Part shown: piece by piece, positions 1-8,447 of the stretch
Numbering within the stretch: position 1 is the stretch's first letter
How the letters are laid out: every line of letters begins with the position of its first letter
NCBI GenBank assembly: GCA_964387265.1
Contig: CAYLWC010000012.1
Coordinates: 2,737 to 66,736 of the forward strand
From: an uncultured Vampirovibrionales bacterium
GTDB taxonomy: Bacteria; Cyanobacteriota; Vampirovibrionia; Vampirovibrionales; Vampirovibrionaceae
DNA: 64,000 nt
Direction: 5' to 3'
The notes under the pieces: model-generated
What the model was told of the DNA's origin: nothing
Seen by the model: only the letters and a program-made list of their open reading frames with translations
Databases searched by the model: none
Translations under genes and position numbers: made by a program

Positions 1-4
1 CCAA

Positions 5-655
5 GTGGCATCCGGGGCCGTACTCGGCGGCTTGCCACAGGATCATAACTTTGGCGGGGAAACCAGTTATGTCCGCATTGGAAATCACACGGTGATCCGG
101 GAATGCGTGACCATTAACCGGGCCACCGGTGAAGGCAAAGTCACCGAGGTGGGGGATGAGTGCATGATTATGGCCTACTCTCATCTGGCCCATAACTGTA
201 AGCTCGGCAACGGCGTGATTCTGGCTAACAACGTCCAGATGGCCGGGTATGTGGAAGTGGGCGATTACGCCTTTATCAGCGGCACCTGTGTCTTTCATCA
301 GTTTGTGCGCATTGGCCGCCTGGTGATTATGAGCGGCCTGAGCGGCTCTCGTCAAGACATTCCTCCCTTTGCCATGACCGACAAGCGTCCCGCTCGGGTC
401 ATCGGCATCAACAAAGTCGGCCTCAAGCGTCGGGGCTTTACGCTAGAGCAGCGGACCCGGATTAAGCAGGCTTTTCATTACCTGTGGTTTTCCAAACTCA
501 ACACCCAGCAGGCCATTGAGGCCATTCGGGCCAATGTCGAGGTGGATGAGAACGTGGAAGAGCTGATTCAGTTTGTCCAAAGCTCCAAGCGGGGGATTTA
601 CCGGCCTGAGCACCCGACCACCGAGCTCCCGGAACCCCATCTGATGGAGGTGTAA
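5..655 (+). CDS. lpxA: UDP-N-acetylglucosamine O-acyltransferase LpxA (5'-partial, runs off window start)
   Basis: Left-handed beta-helix hexapeptide repeats followed by the LpxA C-terminal helical segment (KRRGFTLEQRTRIKQAFHYLW...). The stop overlaps the glmU start (TAAATG). Confidence 0.75.
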   Translation: MASGAVLGGLPQDHNFGGETSYVRIGNHTVIRECVTINRATGEGKVTEVGDECMIMAYSHLAHNCKLGNGVILANNVQMAGYVEVGDYAFISGTCVFHQFVRIGRLVIMSGLSGSRQDIPPFAMTDKRPARVIGINKVGLKRRGFTLEQRTRIKQAFHYLWFSKLNTQQAIEAIRANVEVDENVEELIQFVQSSKRGIYRPEHPTTELPEPHLMEV

Positions 656-2068
656 ATGGGCAGCGTTCACGCCATTGTGATGGCCGCTGGCAAGGGCACC
701 CGCCTTAAAAGCGAGCTCCCCAAGGTCCTCCATCCCTTGTTTGGCAAAGCGCTCTTACGGCGGGTCTTAGACACCCTGAGCCAGTTATCGGTTCAGCAGA
801 CCTATGTCATTGTGGGCCATGGCCGGGATCAGGTGGAACAAGCCCTTGCAACCTGGCAATTGCCCCTGGCCTTGCAAATCGTGGTGCAAGAACCCCAACT
901 GGGGACCGGCCATGCGGTTCAGCAGGTCAAAAACCAGGTGACCTTGTCTGGATCCGTATTGATTTTATCCGGCGATGTGCCGCTACTGCGGCCAGAATCC
1001 CTGCACACTCTGCTAGAAACCCACCAGGCCCAGGGCAATCATTTGAGCATCATGACCGCGCATCTGGAGAATCCCTTTGGCTACGGGCGGGTGCTCACAG
1101 ACAACACGGGCCGGGTGCTGAAAATTGTCGAAGAAAAAGACGCCTCCCCTGCTGAAAAAGCCGTCCAAGAGGTCAATACCGGAATTTATTGCCTGCAATG
1201 GGAATCTATTGCGCCCTTACTGGATGCCCTGTCATCGGAAAACGCCCAAGGGGAGTTTTATCTTACCGATACCATCGCACTGGCGGTGGAAAAAGGCTTA
1301 CAAGTGGGCACCGTCGCCCTGGCTGACGCCCAAGACATGCTGGGGGTCAACAGCCGACACGATCTGGCCCGGTGTCATCAGGTCCTAAACCAACGGACCC
1401 AGGCCCATCTGATGAGCCAAGGGGTGACTATTTTGAGCCCCGAGACCACACTGATCGCCCCGGAGGTCTCAGTGGGGGCCGATACGGTTATTTACCCCGG
1501 CTGTTTTCTGCAAGGGGAGATTACCATCGGGCAGCATTGTGCGGTGGGGCCCCACACCACGCTGATGGGAAGGGTGTTAACCGGAGATCATGTAACGCTT
1601 CAACACTCCCTGGTCCGGGATACAAAAGTCGGGGATCACACCTGGATTGGCCCCTTTGCCCACTTAAGAGACGGGGTGGAAATCAGTCACCATGTGAAAA
1701 TTGGCAATTTTGTGGAAGTGAAAAACGCCAAAATCGGCCACCACAGCAACGCCGCCCATTTGTCATATTTAGGCGATACGGAGCTAGGGGTGGATGTCAA
1801 CATGGGGGCCGGGTCCATTACGGCTAATTATGACCCGGTTCGGGACATTAAGGAAAAAACCATTATTGAGGACGGGGTGAAAGTGGGGTGCAATTCGGTC
1901 TTAATTGCCCCCTTAACAGTCAAAGAGCGGGCCTGTGTGGCCGCGGGTTCTGTGATTACCAAGAACGTGAACCCCTGGGATCTGGCCATTGCCCGAGCCA
2001 AGCAAACGGAAATCCCTGGCTGGGTGAAAAAAGTGGTCAGTGATAAACCGACCGCCCCGTCTGTTTAA
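656..2068 (+). CDS. glmU: Bifunctional GlcNAc-1-P uridyltransferase / GlcN-1-P acetyltransferase GlmU
   Basis: N-terminal MAAGKGTRLKSELPKVLH nucleotidyltransferase motif. C-terminal hexapeptide-repeat acetyltransferase domain. About 470 aa. Confidence 0.9.
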   Translation: MGSVHAIVMAAGKGTRLKSELPKVLHPLFGKALLRRVLDTLSQLSVQQTYVIVGHGRDQVEQALATWQLPLALQIVVQEPQLGTGHAVQQVKNQVTLSGSVLILSGDVPLLRPESLHTLLETHQAQGNHLSIMTAHLENPFGYGRVLTDNTGRVLKIVEEKDASPAEKAVQEVNTGIYCLQWESIAPLLDALSSENAQGEFYLTDTIALAVEKGLQVGTVALADAQDMLGVNSRHDLARCHQVLNQRTQAHLMSQGVTILSPETTLIAPEVSVGADTVIYPGCFLQGEITIGQHCAVGPHTTLMGRVLTGDHVTLQHSLVRDTKVGDHTWIGPFAHLRDGVEISHHVKIGNFVEVKNAKIGHHSNAAHLSYLGDTELGVDVNMGAGSITANYDPVRDIKEKTIIEDGVKVGCNSVLIAPLTVKERACVAAGSVITKNVNPWDLAIARAKQTEIPGWVKKVVSDKPTAPSV

Positions 2069-2084
2069 TGCGTCAGCCCGACGA

Positions 2085-2396
2085 CTATCCGTATGTTCTC
2101 TTGACGCCGCGAACAATGGCTTGGGCCAACCAGTCGAAACAGGGTTTTTTGGCAAAGGCCGGTCCAAATTCATTGAGGATTGCAAAACGAACCCGATCCT
2201 CCAGCGAGATGCTTTGCAAGGATTGGTAGCAGCCTTCCAAATCCATTTGTTCAATTTCGGAGAGAATGGCACTCAGACGCTGTGAGGTCGTCTCCATGGA
2301 TAACTCTTCCGCAGCAAACCACAGCAAGAGCGCTTTCTGCTGTTCCCGTTCCAACTCGGCCAGGAGATCATCAATATGAGGATGTAATTGCTTCAT
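2085..2396 (-). CDS. Hypothetical protein (start taken at the internal ATG, MKQLHPHIDD...)
   Basis: ORF-track frame. Acidic helical protein with no recognisable family. Weak Shine-Dalgarno sequence. Confidence 0.35.
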   Translation of the reverse strand: MKQLHPHIDDLLAELEREQQKALLLWFAAEELSMETTSQRLSAILSEIEQMDLEGCYQSLQSISLEDRVRFAILNEFGPAFAKKPCFDWLAQAIVRGVKRTYG

Positions 2397-2508
2397 GTTC
2401 CACAACTCAGGCTTTCCAGTCCGGGTGGTTCCAGGGGAGTAAGAAGGACCACCCACTGCGTTCGAAAAACACTATACTTAGAAGTATTAAGTATCCCCAG
2501 AAAAAGAA

Positions 2509-3864
2509 TTGCTTGGAATGATGCAATATTTACAAAAATTTAAGCGTCAACGACCATCTCTCTCCCGCTGGTCCCGAATGTTCCTGCTCTGTGGGCTGAT
2601 TCTACTGACAGGTTTCTGGTTTTCCGCATGTCAATCATCGCAAAATCAGAAAACTACCCTCACCCTCTCCACCTGGGGCAGCGCCCAAGAGCTGCAGGTC
2701 TTAAAAGCACTGATTCGTGAGTATGAAATCACCCATCCGGACATTCAGGTTGAGATTCTGCATATCCCTGAAAATTACTACCAGAAACTCCACCTGCTTA
2801 TTGCCGCCAACCAAGCCCCGGATGTGATCTTTACCAACAGCATCAGTTTCCCAACCTATGCCGCCCATAACGTATTTCTGGATTTACATCCCCGACTTAT
2901 TCAAAGCCAGACCCTCTCTGTTGAGGATTTTTACCCGGCCTCGCTCAAGGCATTCACCTGGCAGGATGGCCGCACCCCCCCAATTCTTGGGGCCTTGCCG
3001 CGGGATGTCTCTAACTTGGTGATTTATTACAACCAGGACCTCTTTCAACAGGCCGGACTCTCCCCACCCACAGCCGATTGGGATTGGAATTCCTTTCTCA
3101 AAACCGCCCAAGCCCTCACGAAAGATACCAACGGGGACGGGGGATTGGATCAGTTTGGGATCTCTTTTTACGCTAAACCCCCCTTATTCTGGATGCCCTT
3201 TGTCTGGAGCGCCGGAGAAACCTTGTTCAGCCATAACTTTGAAGATATCCAGCTGTCTGAGGCCAATGCGCTTCAAGCACTTCAGTTTTACGGCGACTTG
3301 CGCAACAAGTATCATGTGGCGCCCCGACAAGTGGAAAGCGGCAGCGCGACAATGAGTCAGATGTTTCTTCAGGGTAAACTGGCCATGATGGTCAGTGGCC
3401 GTTGGAGTGTCCCGGTCCTTCGGGAGCAAGCAACATTTCACTGGGATGTGGTGCCCTTTCCCAAGGGTCCTGTCGGAGAATCCAGGGTTGGCATTGACGC
3501 CTCCGGGTATGCCATTGCCGCCAAAACGGAACATCCCGATGAAAGCTTTGAGCTGGTTGAGTTTTTGCTATCTCAAAAAGCCCTCACCGCCTTTACGGAA
3601 AGTGGCCTGATTATCCCGGCCCGGCCCGATGTCGCCAACAGCCCGGTATTTCTCGCACCCGGACAGACCCCGCAAAATAGCCAAGCATTTCTGGAGGTCA
3701 TCCCCACTGGGGTCCCCACCCACACCCCGCCGCGTTGGAATGAAATCGCTGAAGAACTGACCTTGGCCCTACAAGCCGTCTGGGACGGCAAGCAAACTGC
3801 AGAAGAAGCCGTCATGGCCATCTCCCCAAAGCTGGAGCGCATGCTAAGGACCCGGCCTCAATGA
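2509..3864 (+). CDS. ABC transporter extracellular solute-binding protein (family 1, carbohydrate type), probable lipoprotein
   Basis: N-terminal signal peptide with a lipobox-like ...GFWFSAC. Length and composition typical of CUT1 sugar-binding proteins. Followed by two permease genes with overlapping stop/start codons. The start could instead be an internal Met. Confidence 0.7.
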   Translation: MLGMMQYLQKFKRQRPSLSRWSRMFLLCGLILLTGFWFSACQSSQNQKTTLTLSTWGSAQELQVLKALIREYEITHPDIQVEILHIPENYYQKLHLLIAANQAPDVIFTNSISFPTYAAHNVFLDLHPRLIQSQTLSVEDFYPASLKAFTWQDGRTPPILGALPRDVSNLVIYYNQDLFQQAGLSPPTADWDWNSFLKTAQALTKDTNGDGGLDQFGISFYAKPPLFWMPFVWSAGETLFSHNFEDIQLSEANALQALQFYGDLRNKYHVAPRQVESGSATMSQMFLQGKLAMMVSGRWSVPVLREQATFHWDVVPFPKGPVGESRVGIDASGYAIAAKTEHPDESFELVEFLLSQKALTAFTESGLIIPARPDVANSPVFLAPGQTPQNSQAFLEVIPTGVPTHTPPRWNEIAEELTLALQAVWDGKQTAEEAVMAISPKLERMLRTRPQ

Positions 3865-4760
3865 AATTAAAGGGGTTTTCTGATTTTGAAACCCGCTGGG
3901 CATGGTTGTTTTTGCTACCCTGTGCCTTGGGATTGATCATCTTCACCTATCTGCCCACTCTGGCCTCACTCACCCTCAGCTTTACCTACTGGGATCTGTT
4001 GGGCTCTCCGGTGTGGGTGGGATGGGAAAACTACCAGGAGGTCTTGGTCGATCCCCTATTCTGGAAGACCCTGGGCAATACGGTAAGCTTTGTGATTGCC
4101 ACCGCTGGCTTTGAAGTCACCCTCAGCCTGTTCCTGGCCGTCCTGCTCAATCGGTTGCTGATTGGGAAAAATTTCTTCCGCACTGCCTATTTTTTGCCGT
4201 TTATTACCCCGATGGTCAGCGTGGCTCTGGTCTGGGGCTGGTTGTACGATCCGCAATTCGGGATCTTAAACTGGCTGCTTCAAAGCCTGGGGGTCATCCA
4301 AGCCCCCATCGCCTGGCTGTACAATCCTGATACAGCCCTGGGCTCTATTGTCGCCCTCCGGGTTTGGAAAACCATGGGCTATACCATCGTCATTTTTCTG
4401 GCCGGTCTGCATGCCGTACCAGAATCGGTGTATGAATCGGCCACCCTGGATGGGGCCGGTCCCTGGCAGACGTTCTGGCGGGTTACCCTGCCCATGATCA
4501 CTCCCACACTCTTTTTTGTGACCACCATGGCCCTCATTAACGCCTTTCAGACCTTTGACTCGGTGTATCTCTTGACCCAAGGTGGCCCGGAACACAGTAC
4601 GGAACTGTTGGTCTATTGGATGTTTAAAAACGCGTTTGAATTTTACAAAATCGGCCCCGCTTCTGCCATTGCCTATATTTTGTTTCTCATTATCCTGGCC
4701 CTGACGCTGTTTCAATGGCAACTGCGCAAACGCTGGGTCATGTATGAGGATGAAGCATGA
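3861..4760 (+). CDS. ABC transporter permease (MalF/UgpA-like)
   Basis: Six predicted TM segments. EAA-like motif ESATLDGAGPWQTFWRVTLP. 4-nt overlap with the upstream gene. Confidence 0.8.
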   Translation: MKLKGFSDFETRWAWLFLLPCALGLIIFTYLPTLASLTLSFTYWDLLGSPVWVGWENYQEVLVDPLFWKTLGNTVSFVIATAGFEVTLSLFLAVLLNRLLIGKNFFRTAYFLPFITPMVSVALVWGWLYDPQFGILNWLLQSLGVIQAPIAWLYNPDTALGSIVALRVWKTMGYTIVIFLAGLHAVPESVYESATLDGAGPWQTFWRVTLPMITPTLFFVTTMALINAFQTFDSVYLLTQGGPEHSTELLVYWMFKNAFEFYKIGPASAIAYILFLIILALTLFQWQLRKRWVMYEDEA

Positions 4761-5587
4761 TGCACCGTCAAACCTATCAAGGCTTCATGTTCATGGGCTT
4801 GAGCCTGGGGGCGGTGGTGATGGCGCTGCCCTTTTGGGTGATGCTGGCCACCTCGCTGATGACCCCTCAAGAAACCTTCCAAACCCCACCGCCATTACTT
4901 CCCGCCATTTGGCAATGGGGGAACTACAGCCGGTTGTTTGAATCCATCCCCATGGCCGCTTACTTTTTCAATAGCGCCCTGGTGGCAGTGATCACCACGG
5001 TCTTGCATGTGCTGTTCTGCGCCATGGCGGGCTACGCTTTTTCCAGAATGACCTTTCCCCACAAGAATCTGGTGTTTTTCTTTTTCCTGATAACCCTGAT
5101 GATCCCCCCGCAGGTCAACATTGTCCCCCTGTTTTTCCTGATGAAAAGCCTGGATTGGCTCAATACCTACTGGGCGCTAATTGTCCCTGGGGTGTTTGGG
5201 GCTTTTGGCGTGTTTTTGCTCCGCCAGTGGTTTAATGGCCTGCCCAAAGAGCTGGAAGACGCCGCCCGGATCGATGGATGTAACCCCTGGCAGATTTTCT
5301 GGCGGGTGGCCTTACCCTTGGCCCGTCCGGCCCTTGCGGCGCTTGCGATTTTTGTGTTTATCAACACCTGGAACAGCTTTATGTGGCCTTTAATTGCCGT
5401 ACACTCCGATGGCATGCGCACCTTACCTGTTGGCATTGCCGCACTCAAAGGCAGTTTTCGGGATACCATTGACTGGCCGCTGTTGATGGCGGCTTCCGCC
5501 GTTTCGATTCTACCCATCATCGGGGTGTTCTTGCTGGGCCAACGCCAATTTATGCAAGGTCTGCTCTCCGGCAGCATCAAAGATTAA
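4757..5587 (+). CDS. ABC transporter permease (MalG/UgpE-like)
   Basis: EAA motif DAARIDGCNPWQIFWRVALP. Translationally coupled to the preceding permease. No ATPase gene follows. Confidence 0.8.
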   Translation: MMHRQTYQGFMFMGLSLGAVVMALPFWVMLATSLMTPQETFQTPPPLLPAIWQWGNYSRLFESIPMAAYFFNSALVAVITTVLHVLFCAMAGYAFSRMTFPHKNLVFFFFLITLMIPPQVNIVPLFFLMKSLDWLNTYWALIVPGVFGAFGVFLLRQWFNGLPKELEDAARIDGCNPWQIFWRVALPLARPALAALAIFVFINTWNSFMWPLIAVHSDGMRTLPVGIAALKGSFRDTIDWPLLMAASAVSILPIIGVFLLGQRQFMQGLLSGSIKD

Positions 5588-5599
5588 TTCCTAATCAGA

Positions 5600-5842
5600 C
5601 TACCGGGTGCAGCGAAACAGCACACAGTGCTCTTCCAGCGCCCGCAGCTGCTCGTACGTCACTCCCGCTTCGGAAAGCTCATCCGGCTGAATGTAAAACA
5701 GCTCAATCAACTCTACGGCAGCTTGTATCCGGCAGGGCAGCCGGAGCAGTTGCCGAACATGCCGAATGGCCTGTCGGCGGGTCATTTGACATAAGGGCCG
5801 CGGCGTTTTTTCCTTGATTCGGATTTGTCTGACCCGCTTCAT
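5600..5842 (-). CDS. Hypothetical small basic protein
   Basis: 80-aa ORF convergent with the permease gene. Weak ribosome-binding site. No family recognised. Confidence 0.2.
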   Translation of the reverse strand: MKRVRQIRIKEKTPRPLCQMTRRQAIRHVRQLLRLPCRIQAAVELIELFYIQPDELSEAGVTYEQLRALEEHCVLFRCTR

Positions 5843-6010
5843 CTCTAACTCTCTATCATTTGTTGGTTCACCTTGTGTGCATGCATCCTAAACAAGGATC
5901 TCAACTAACTCAAGAGGGGGGAAGTACTACAACACGCCCTAGCAAAAGGGCAACCATCCACCCCATCATCGGATCAAGCCATCGTTCCAATTTGTTTACT
6001 TCGTAACATT

Positions 6011-6049
6011 CCTGTTATTTGGCCTGTTATTTGGCCTGTTCTTTGGCCT
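6011..6049. repeat. 3.25 tandem copies of a 12-bp direct repeat (CCTGTTATTTGG, CCTGTTATTTGG, CCTGTTCTTTGG, CCTG)
   Basis: Read directly from the sequence. Lies 60-100 bp upstream of the ATG at 6109 and overlaps the candidate -35 element. Confidence 0.8.
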
Positions 6050-6072
6050 GCCATCCAAATCCCTGCGATAAT
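6043..6072 (+). promoter_or_regulatory. Candidate sigma70-type promoter (-35 TTGGCC, 18-nt spacer, -10 GATAAT)
   Basis: Read by eye. The -35 lies inside the last 12-bp repeat unit. The start codon at 6109 is preceded by AAGGAG. Confidence 0.3.
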
Positions 6073-6108
6073 AAAATACGCAAGCAAGTTCGATACAAGG
6101 AGCTCCCC

Positions 6109-6501
6109 ATGGCAAAAGCGATTAATTGGCCCCTGGCCTTTCGGGATGAGGTCTTAGCTGAGGACACTGAGCAAACGTATTGCGCCTTTCGCCTGGGTCG
6201 CCTCTACTATGACAACTCATACTGGGTGCCAGGGGAAATTGTGGATATTCGGGTCAACCACCTCAAGGTACGCAAGGCCGAAGTCATCGGCTCGCTTCTA
6301 TGTGCCCCGCTCCGGGATCTTCCCCCTGATGTGTGGGCCCGGCAAAAATCCAGCCTCCAGACCCTATCGGCCATGATGGCGTTTTTATCCGCCACGTACC
6401 GGCAACCGGTGGATGAGCAGACTGAAGTGACTGTGGTCACCTACCGAAACCACCCGGTCATACCTGAAGAGCTGGAAACGCAGGATGACCCCCACCTCTA
6501 A
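6109..6501 (+). CDS. Hypothetical protein
   Basis: Internal ATG with a strong SD (CAAGGAGCTCCCCATG). The upstream part of the 6019 ORF overlaps the repeat array and is unlikely to be coding. Confidence 0.45.
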   Translation: MAKAINWPLAFRDEVLAEDTEQTYCAFRLGRLYYDNSYWVPGEIVDIRVNHLKVRKAEVIGSLLCAPLRDLPPDVWARQKSSLQTLSAMMAFLSATYRQPVDEQTEVTVVTYRNHPVIPEELETQDDPHL

Positions 6502-6521
6502 CGCCTACGACCAGAAACAAA

Positions 6522-6549
6522 GATACCAGCCCGTTTCGGGGCTGGTATC
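6522..6549. terminator. Rho-independent terminator (bidirectional-capable hairpin GATACCAGCCCG-TTTC-GGGCTGGTATC)
   Basis: Perfect 11-12 bp GC-rich stem. Flanked by AAACAAA upstream and AAAG downstream. On the minus strand it is followed by TTTGTTT, and it sits just after the 6566..6778 ORF. Confidence 0.6.
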
Positions 6550-6565
6550 AAAGTGACCGGAGAAT

Positions 6566-6778
6566 TTATCGGGGGGGCCATAGCCCCGATGCCCGTATCA
6601 GCGAGAGCACCTGATCCACGCTACGGAGCGGAATCCCCTGGCTTTCCCGGTTGGATCGCATGACCTGATCCGTCCAGGAACTTCGGGCTTGCCCGTAGGC
6701 AAGTGTGTCTGCCGATGTGAACCCGATATCATCTCGCTCGGTATCCGTGGCCTGTCGATTCCAGGAATTCCCTTTCAT
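6566..6778 (-). CDS. Small hypothetical protein downstream of flagellin
   Basis: 70-aa ORF with a strong SD (AAAGGAGGCCGAGCTGATATG). No convincing terminator between it and the flagellin gene. Terminator hairpin immediately after it. Not CsrA-, FliS- or FlaG-like by eye. Confidence 0.45.
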   Translation of the reverse strand: MKGNSWNRQATDTERDDIGFTSADTLAYGQARSSWTDQVMRSNRESQGIPLRSVDQVLSLIRASGLWPPR

Positions 6779-6845
6779 ATCAGCTCGGCCTCCTTTCGAG
6801 AGTGAGATGGGTCATTCATGTACCGATGCGTAAAAATACGGCACA

Positions 6846-7673
6846 CTATCCAAGGAGTCGCAAGACGATAGACGCGGAGCTGTTCGCCTGAGACAGGGCC
6901 GACACACCGGCTTGCTGCAGAATCTGCAACCTCGTTAGGTTGGCTGTTTCTGTCGCAATATCGGTGTTTCGAATGGTGGCCTCAGCCGCCGTGTAGTTTT
7001 CTATCCCGATGGCCAGGAAGTTCAACTGGTTTTCCATCACGTTGGTATAGGCACCCACGTTCCCCAGCGCATCGCTCAGGTTATCCATCGCCGTATCCAC
7101 CTGACCCAGCAGGGTATCCGCTTCCGTCGTGCTACTGACGGTCAGCTGCGTCACACCCAGGGCTGCAGCCGTTGCAGTCGCGAAAGCCGAGGAAATATCC
7201 ACTGATTCACCCGAGTTGGCTCCGGTTTGGATAACCACGGTCCCTGGACCCGTTGCAGTCAACAGATCTTTTCCACCATACTTGGTGTTGGCCGCAATAT
7301 CATCAATGTGTGCCGCCAGCGCCGCCAGCTCATTGGTTAAGGCAGCCCGGGCCGATGTATCCAGCGTCCCGTTACTCCCTTCAACGGCAATTTCCCGAAT
7401 CCGCTGCAGATCCTCATAAATGGTCATCATGGCGCCATCCGCAACATTCAGCATACTAAGCCCTTGCTGTACGTTGTTTTGGGCCACTGCCATCCCACGA
7501 ATTTGCGCCCGCATACTTTCTGAAGCAAAAAGCGCGGCAGGTCCATCGGCGGCCCGGTTGATTTTAAACCCTGTAGACAAGCGCTCCAAGCTCTTATTTA
7601 AAGCGAAGCCGTTCTTTTGAATACTCCAAATGGCAGATTGCGCCAACCCGGAAGAGTGAATATACATTCCCAT
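6846..7673 (-). CDS. fliC: Flagellin (FliC/FlaB family)
   Basis: Conserved flagellin N-terminal (…LERLSTGFKINRAADGPAAL…) and C-terminal (…TRLQILQQAGVSALSQAN…) D0/D1 segments. Start placed at the ATG preceded by AGGAAAGGG. Confidence 0.85.
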   Translation of the reverse strand: MGMYIHSSGLAQSAIWSIQKNGFALNKSLERLSTGFKINRAADGPAALFASESMRAQIRGMAVAQNNVQQGLSMLNVADGAMMTIYEDLQRIREIAVEGSNGTLDTSARAALTNELAALAAHIDDIAANTKYGGKDLLTATGPGTVVIQTGANSGESVDISSAFATATAAALGVTQLTVSSTTEADTLLGQVDTAMDNLSDALGNVGAYTNVMENQLNFLAIGIENYTAAEATIRNTDIATETANLTRLQILQQAGVSALSQANSSASIVLRLLG

Positions 7674-8103
7674 AATGTTTCCCTTTCCTTGAGTTTCCCT
7701 GACTTGTTTCCTTACAAGAGATGTGGATGAAATCCACGGTTTTTCACTCAGACAAACACATGAAGACCACAAGGCGATCAGGACACGAGATCCCTTTCAC
7801 TGTCCCAGTCAACAAAAATTGACGCACAACCTGTCGAGATTAAAAGTTTCCCTGTTGCCCTGATGCACCTCGTATGTAATGGCCTTCATAAATTGATGCA
7901 AGGTACGGATATCACTAGCCTGCTTTTCCGTATCCAAACCATGTTTTCTCAACTCAACCCGTTATGGTTGAAAAGCACCTAATAACCCTGATATACCTCG
8001 CTGATGAACCATCCCTCCCAAGAGGGATATACAAGGCATATCGGAGGAAGGTTTTTGATTCTGAAGACCCCCAGGAAAAACCGTTACATTAATTCACAAA
8101 AAT

Positions 8104-8135
8104 CCCCTCCTGATTTCCACCGGAGGGGGTTTTAT
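8104..8135. terminator. Rho-independent terminator (CCCCTCC-N11-GGAGGGG, then GTTTTAT; AAAAA on the other side)
   Basis: Read from the sequence. Lies 14 nt downstream of the minus-strand small ORF that ends at 8149. Confidence 0.6.
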
Positions 8136-8148
8136 AGTGAGGGTCAAA

Positions 8149-8349
8149 CTAGCGGAAAGCCGAAATGGGCACCTGCTGAAGAATGGTCTGAACCTGCCAA
8201 AACTGGCAATCCTGAGCCGATAAGTTCTCCAGTGTAACCTGAACCGTCTTGCGATCAAGGCCAATTGGAAGGGGAGGGCCTCCCAGGGAATTGATGGCAC
8301 CAATAGCACCGTCCAGGTATCGAGCCATCGGCTTTTCAGTTTGTAGCAT
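8149..8349 (-). CDS. Small ORF resembling a flagellin C-terminal segment (possible flagellin gene remnant)
   Basis: Has an SD (AAAGGAGTTGCGCTTATG). Loosely alignable by eye to the flagellin C-terminal D0 segment (LDGAIGAINSLGG… / …LENLSAQD…QVQTILQQV versus MDNLSDALGNVGA… / …IENYTAAE…RLQILQQAG). Sits between the two flagellin genes. Confidence 0.3.
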   Translation of the reverse strand: MLQTEKPMARYLDGAIGAINSLGGPPLPIGLDRKTVQVTLENLSAQDCQFWQVQTILQQVPISAFR

Positions 8350-8447
8350 AAGCGCAACTCCTTTGCGTCATTTAACTATTACATCGGTGAACAAAGGTAA
8401 CTCCTCTCCAGAGAGGATTAGAGTCTGGGTAAATGTTGTTTCATCGC

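Noticed and set aside
1372-1827. 151-aa alternative-frame ORF inside glmU
   Set aside because: Same strand but a different frame of a highly conserved gene. Arg/Gly/Pro-rich translation typical of a GC-rich out-of-frame read.
6011-6049. Possibility that the 12-bp repeats are a miniature CRISPR array
   Set aside because: The units are directly adjacent with no spacers. There are only about 3 copies of 12 bp, and no cas genes.
6019-6108. Upstream extension of the 6019..6501 ORF (MACYLACSLACHPNP…)
   Set aside because: The translation is produced by the 12-bp DNA repeat itself. A good SD and ATG at 6109 follow, so the repeat region is taken as regulatory rather than coding.
7129-7620. ORFs in other frames or on the opposite strand inside flagellin 1 (7129..7419 +, 7253..7459 +, 7420..7620 +)
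   Set aside because: Fully embedded in a high-confidence flagellin gene. GC-rich antisense frames commonly stay open. No ribosome-binding sites or family resemblance.
7674-8103. Sigma28 promoter upstream of flagellin 1
   Set aside because: No GCCGATAA-like -10 found by eye on the minus strand. A TTGACG-N15-TTAAAA-like element is on the wrong (+) strand with nothing downstream.
8004-8357. ORFs 8004..8237 (+) and 8094..8357 (-) spanning the inter-flagellin terminator
   Set aside because: Both run through the strong terminator hairpin and overlap the better-supported 8149..8349 ORF frame ambiguously. No ribosome-binding site.
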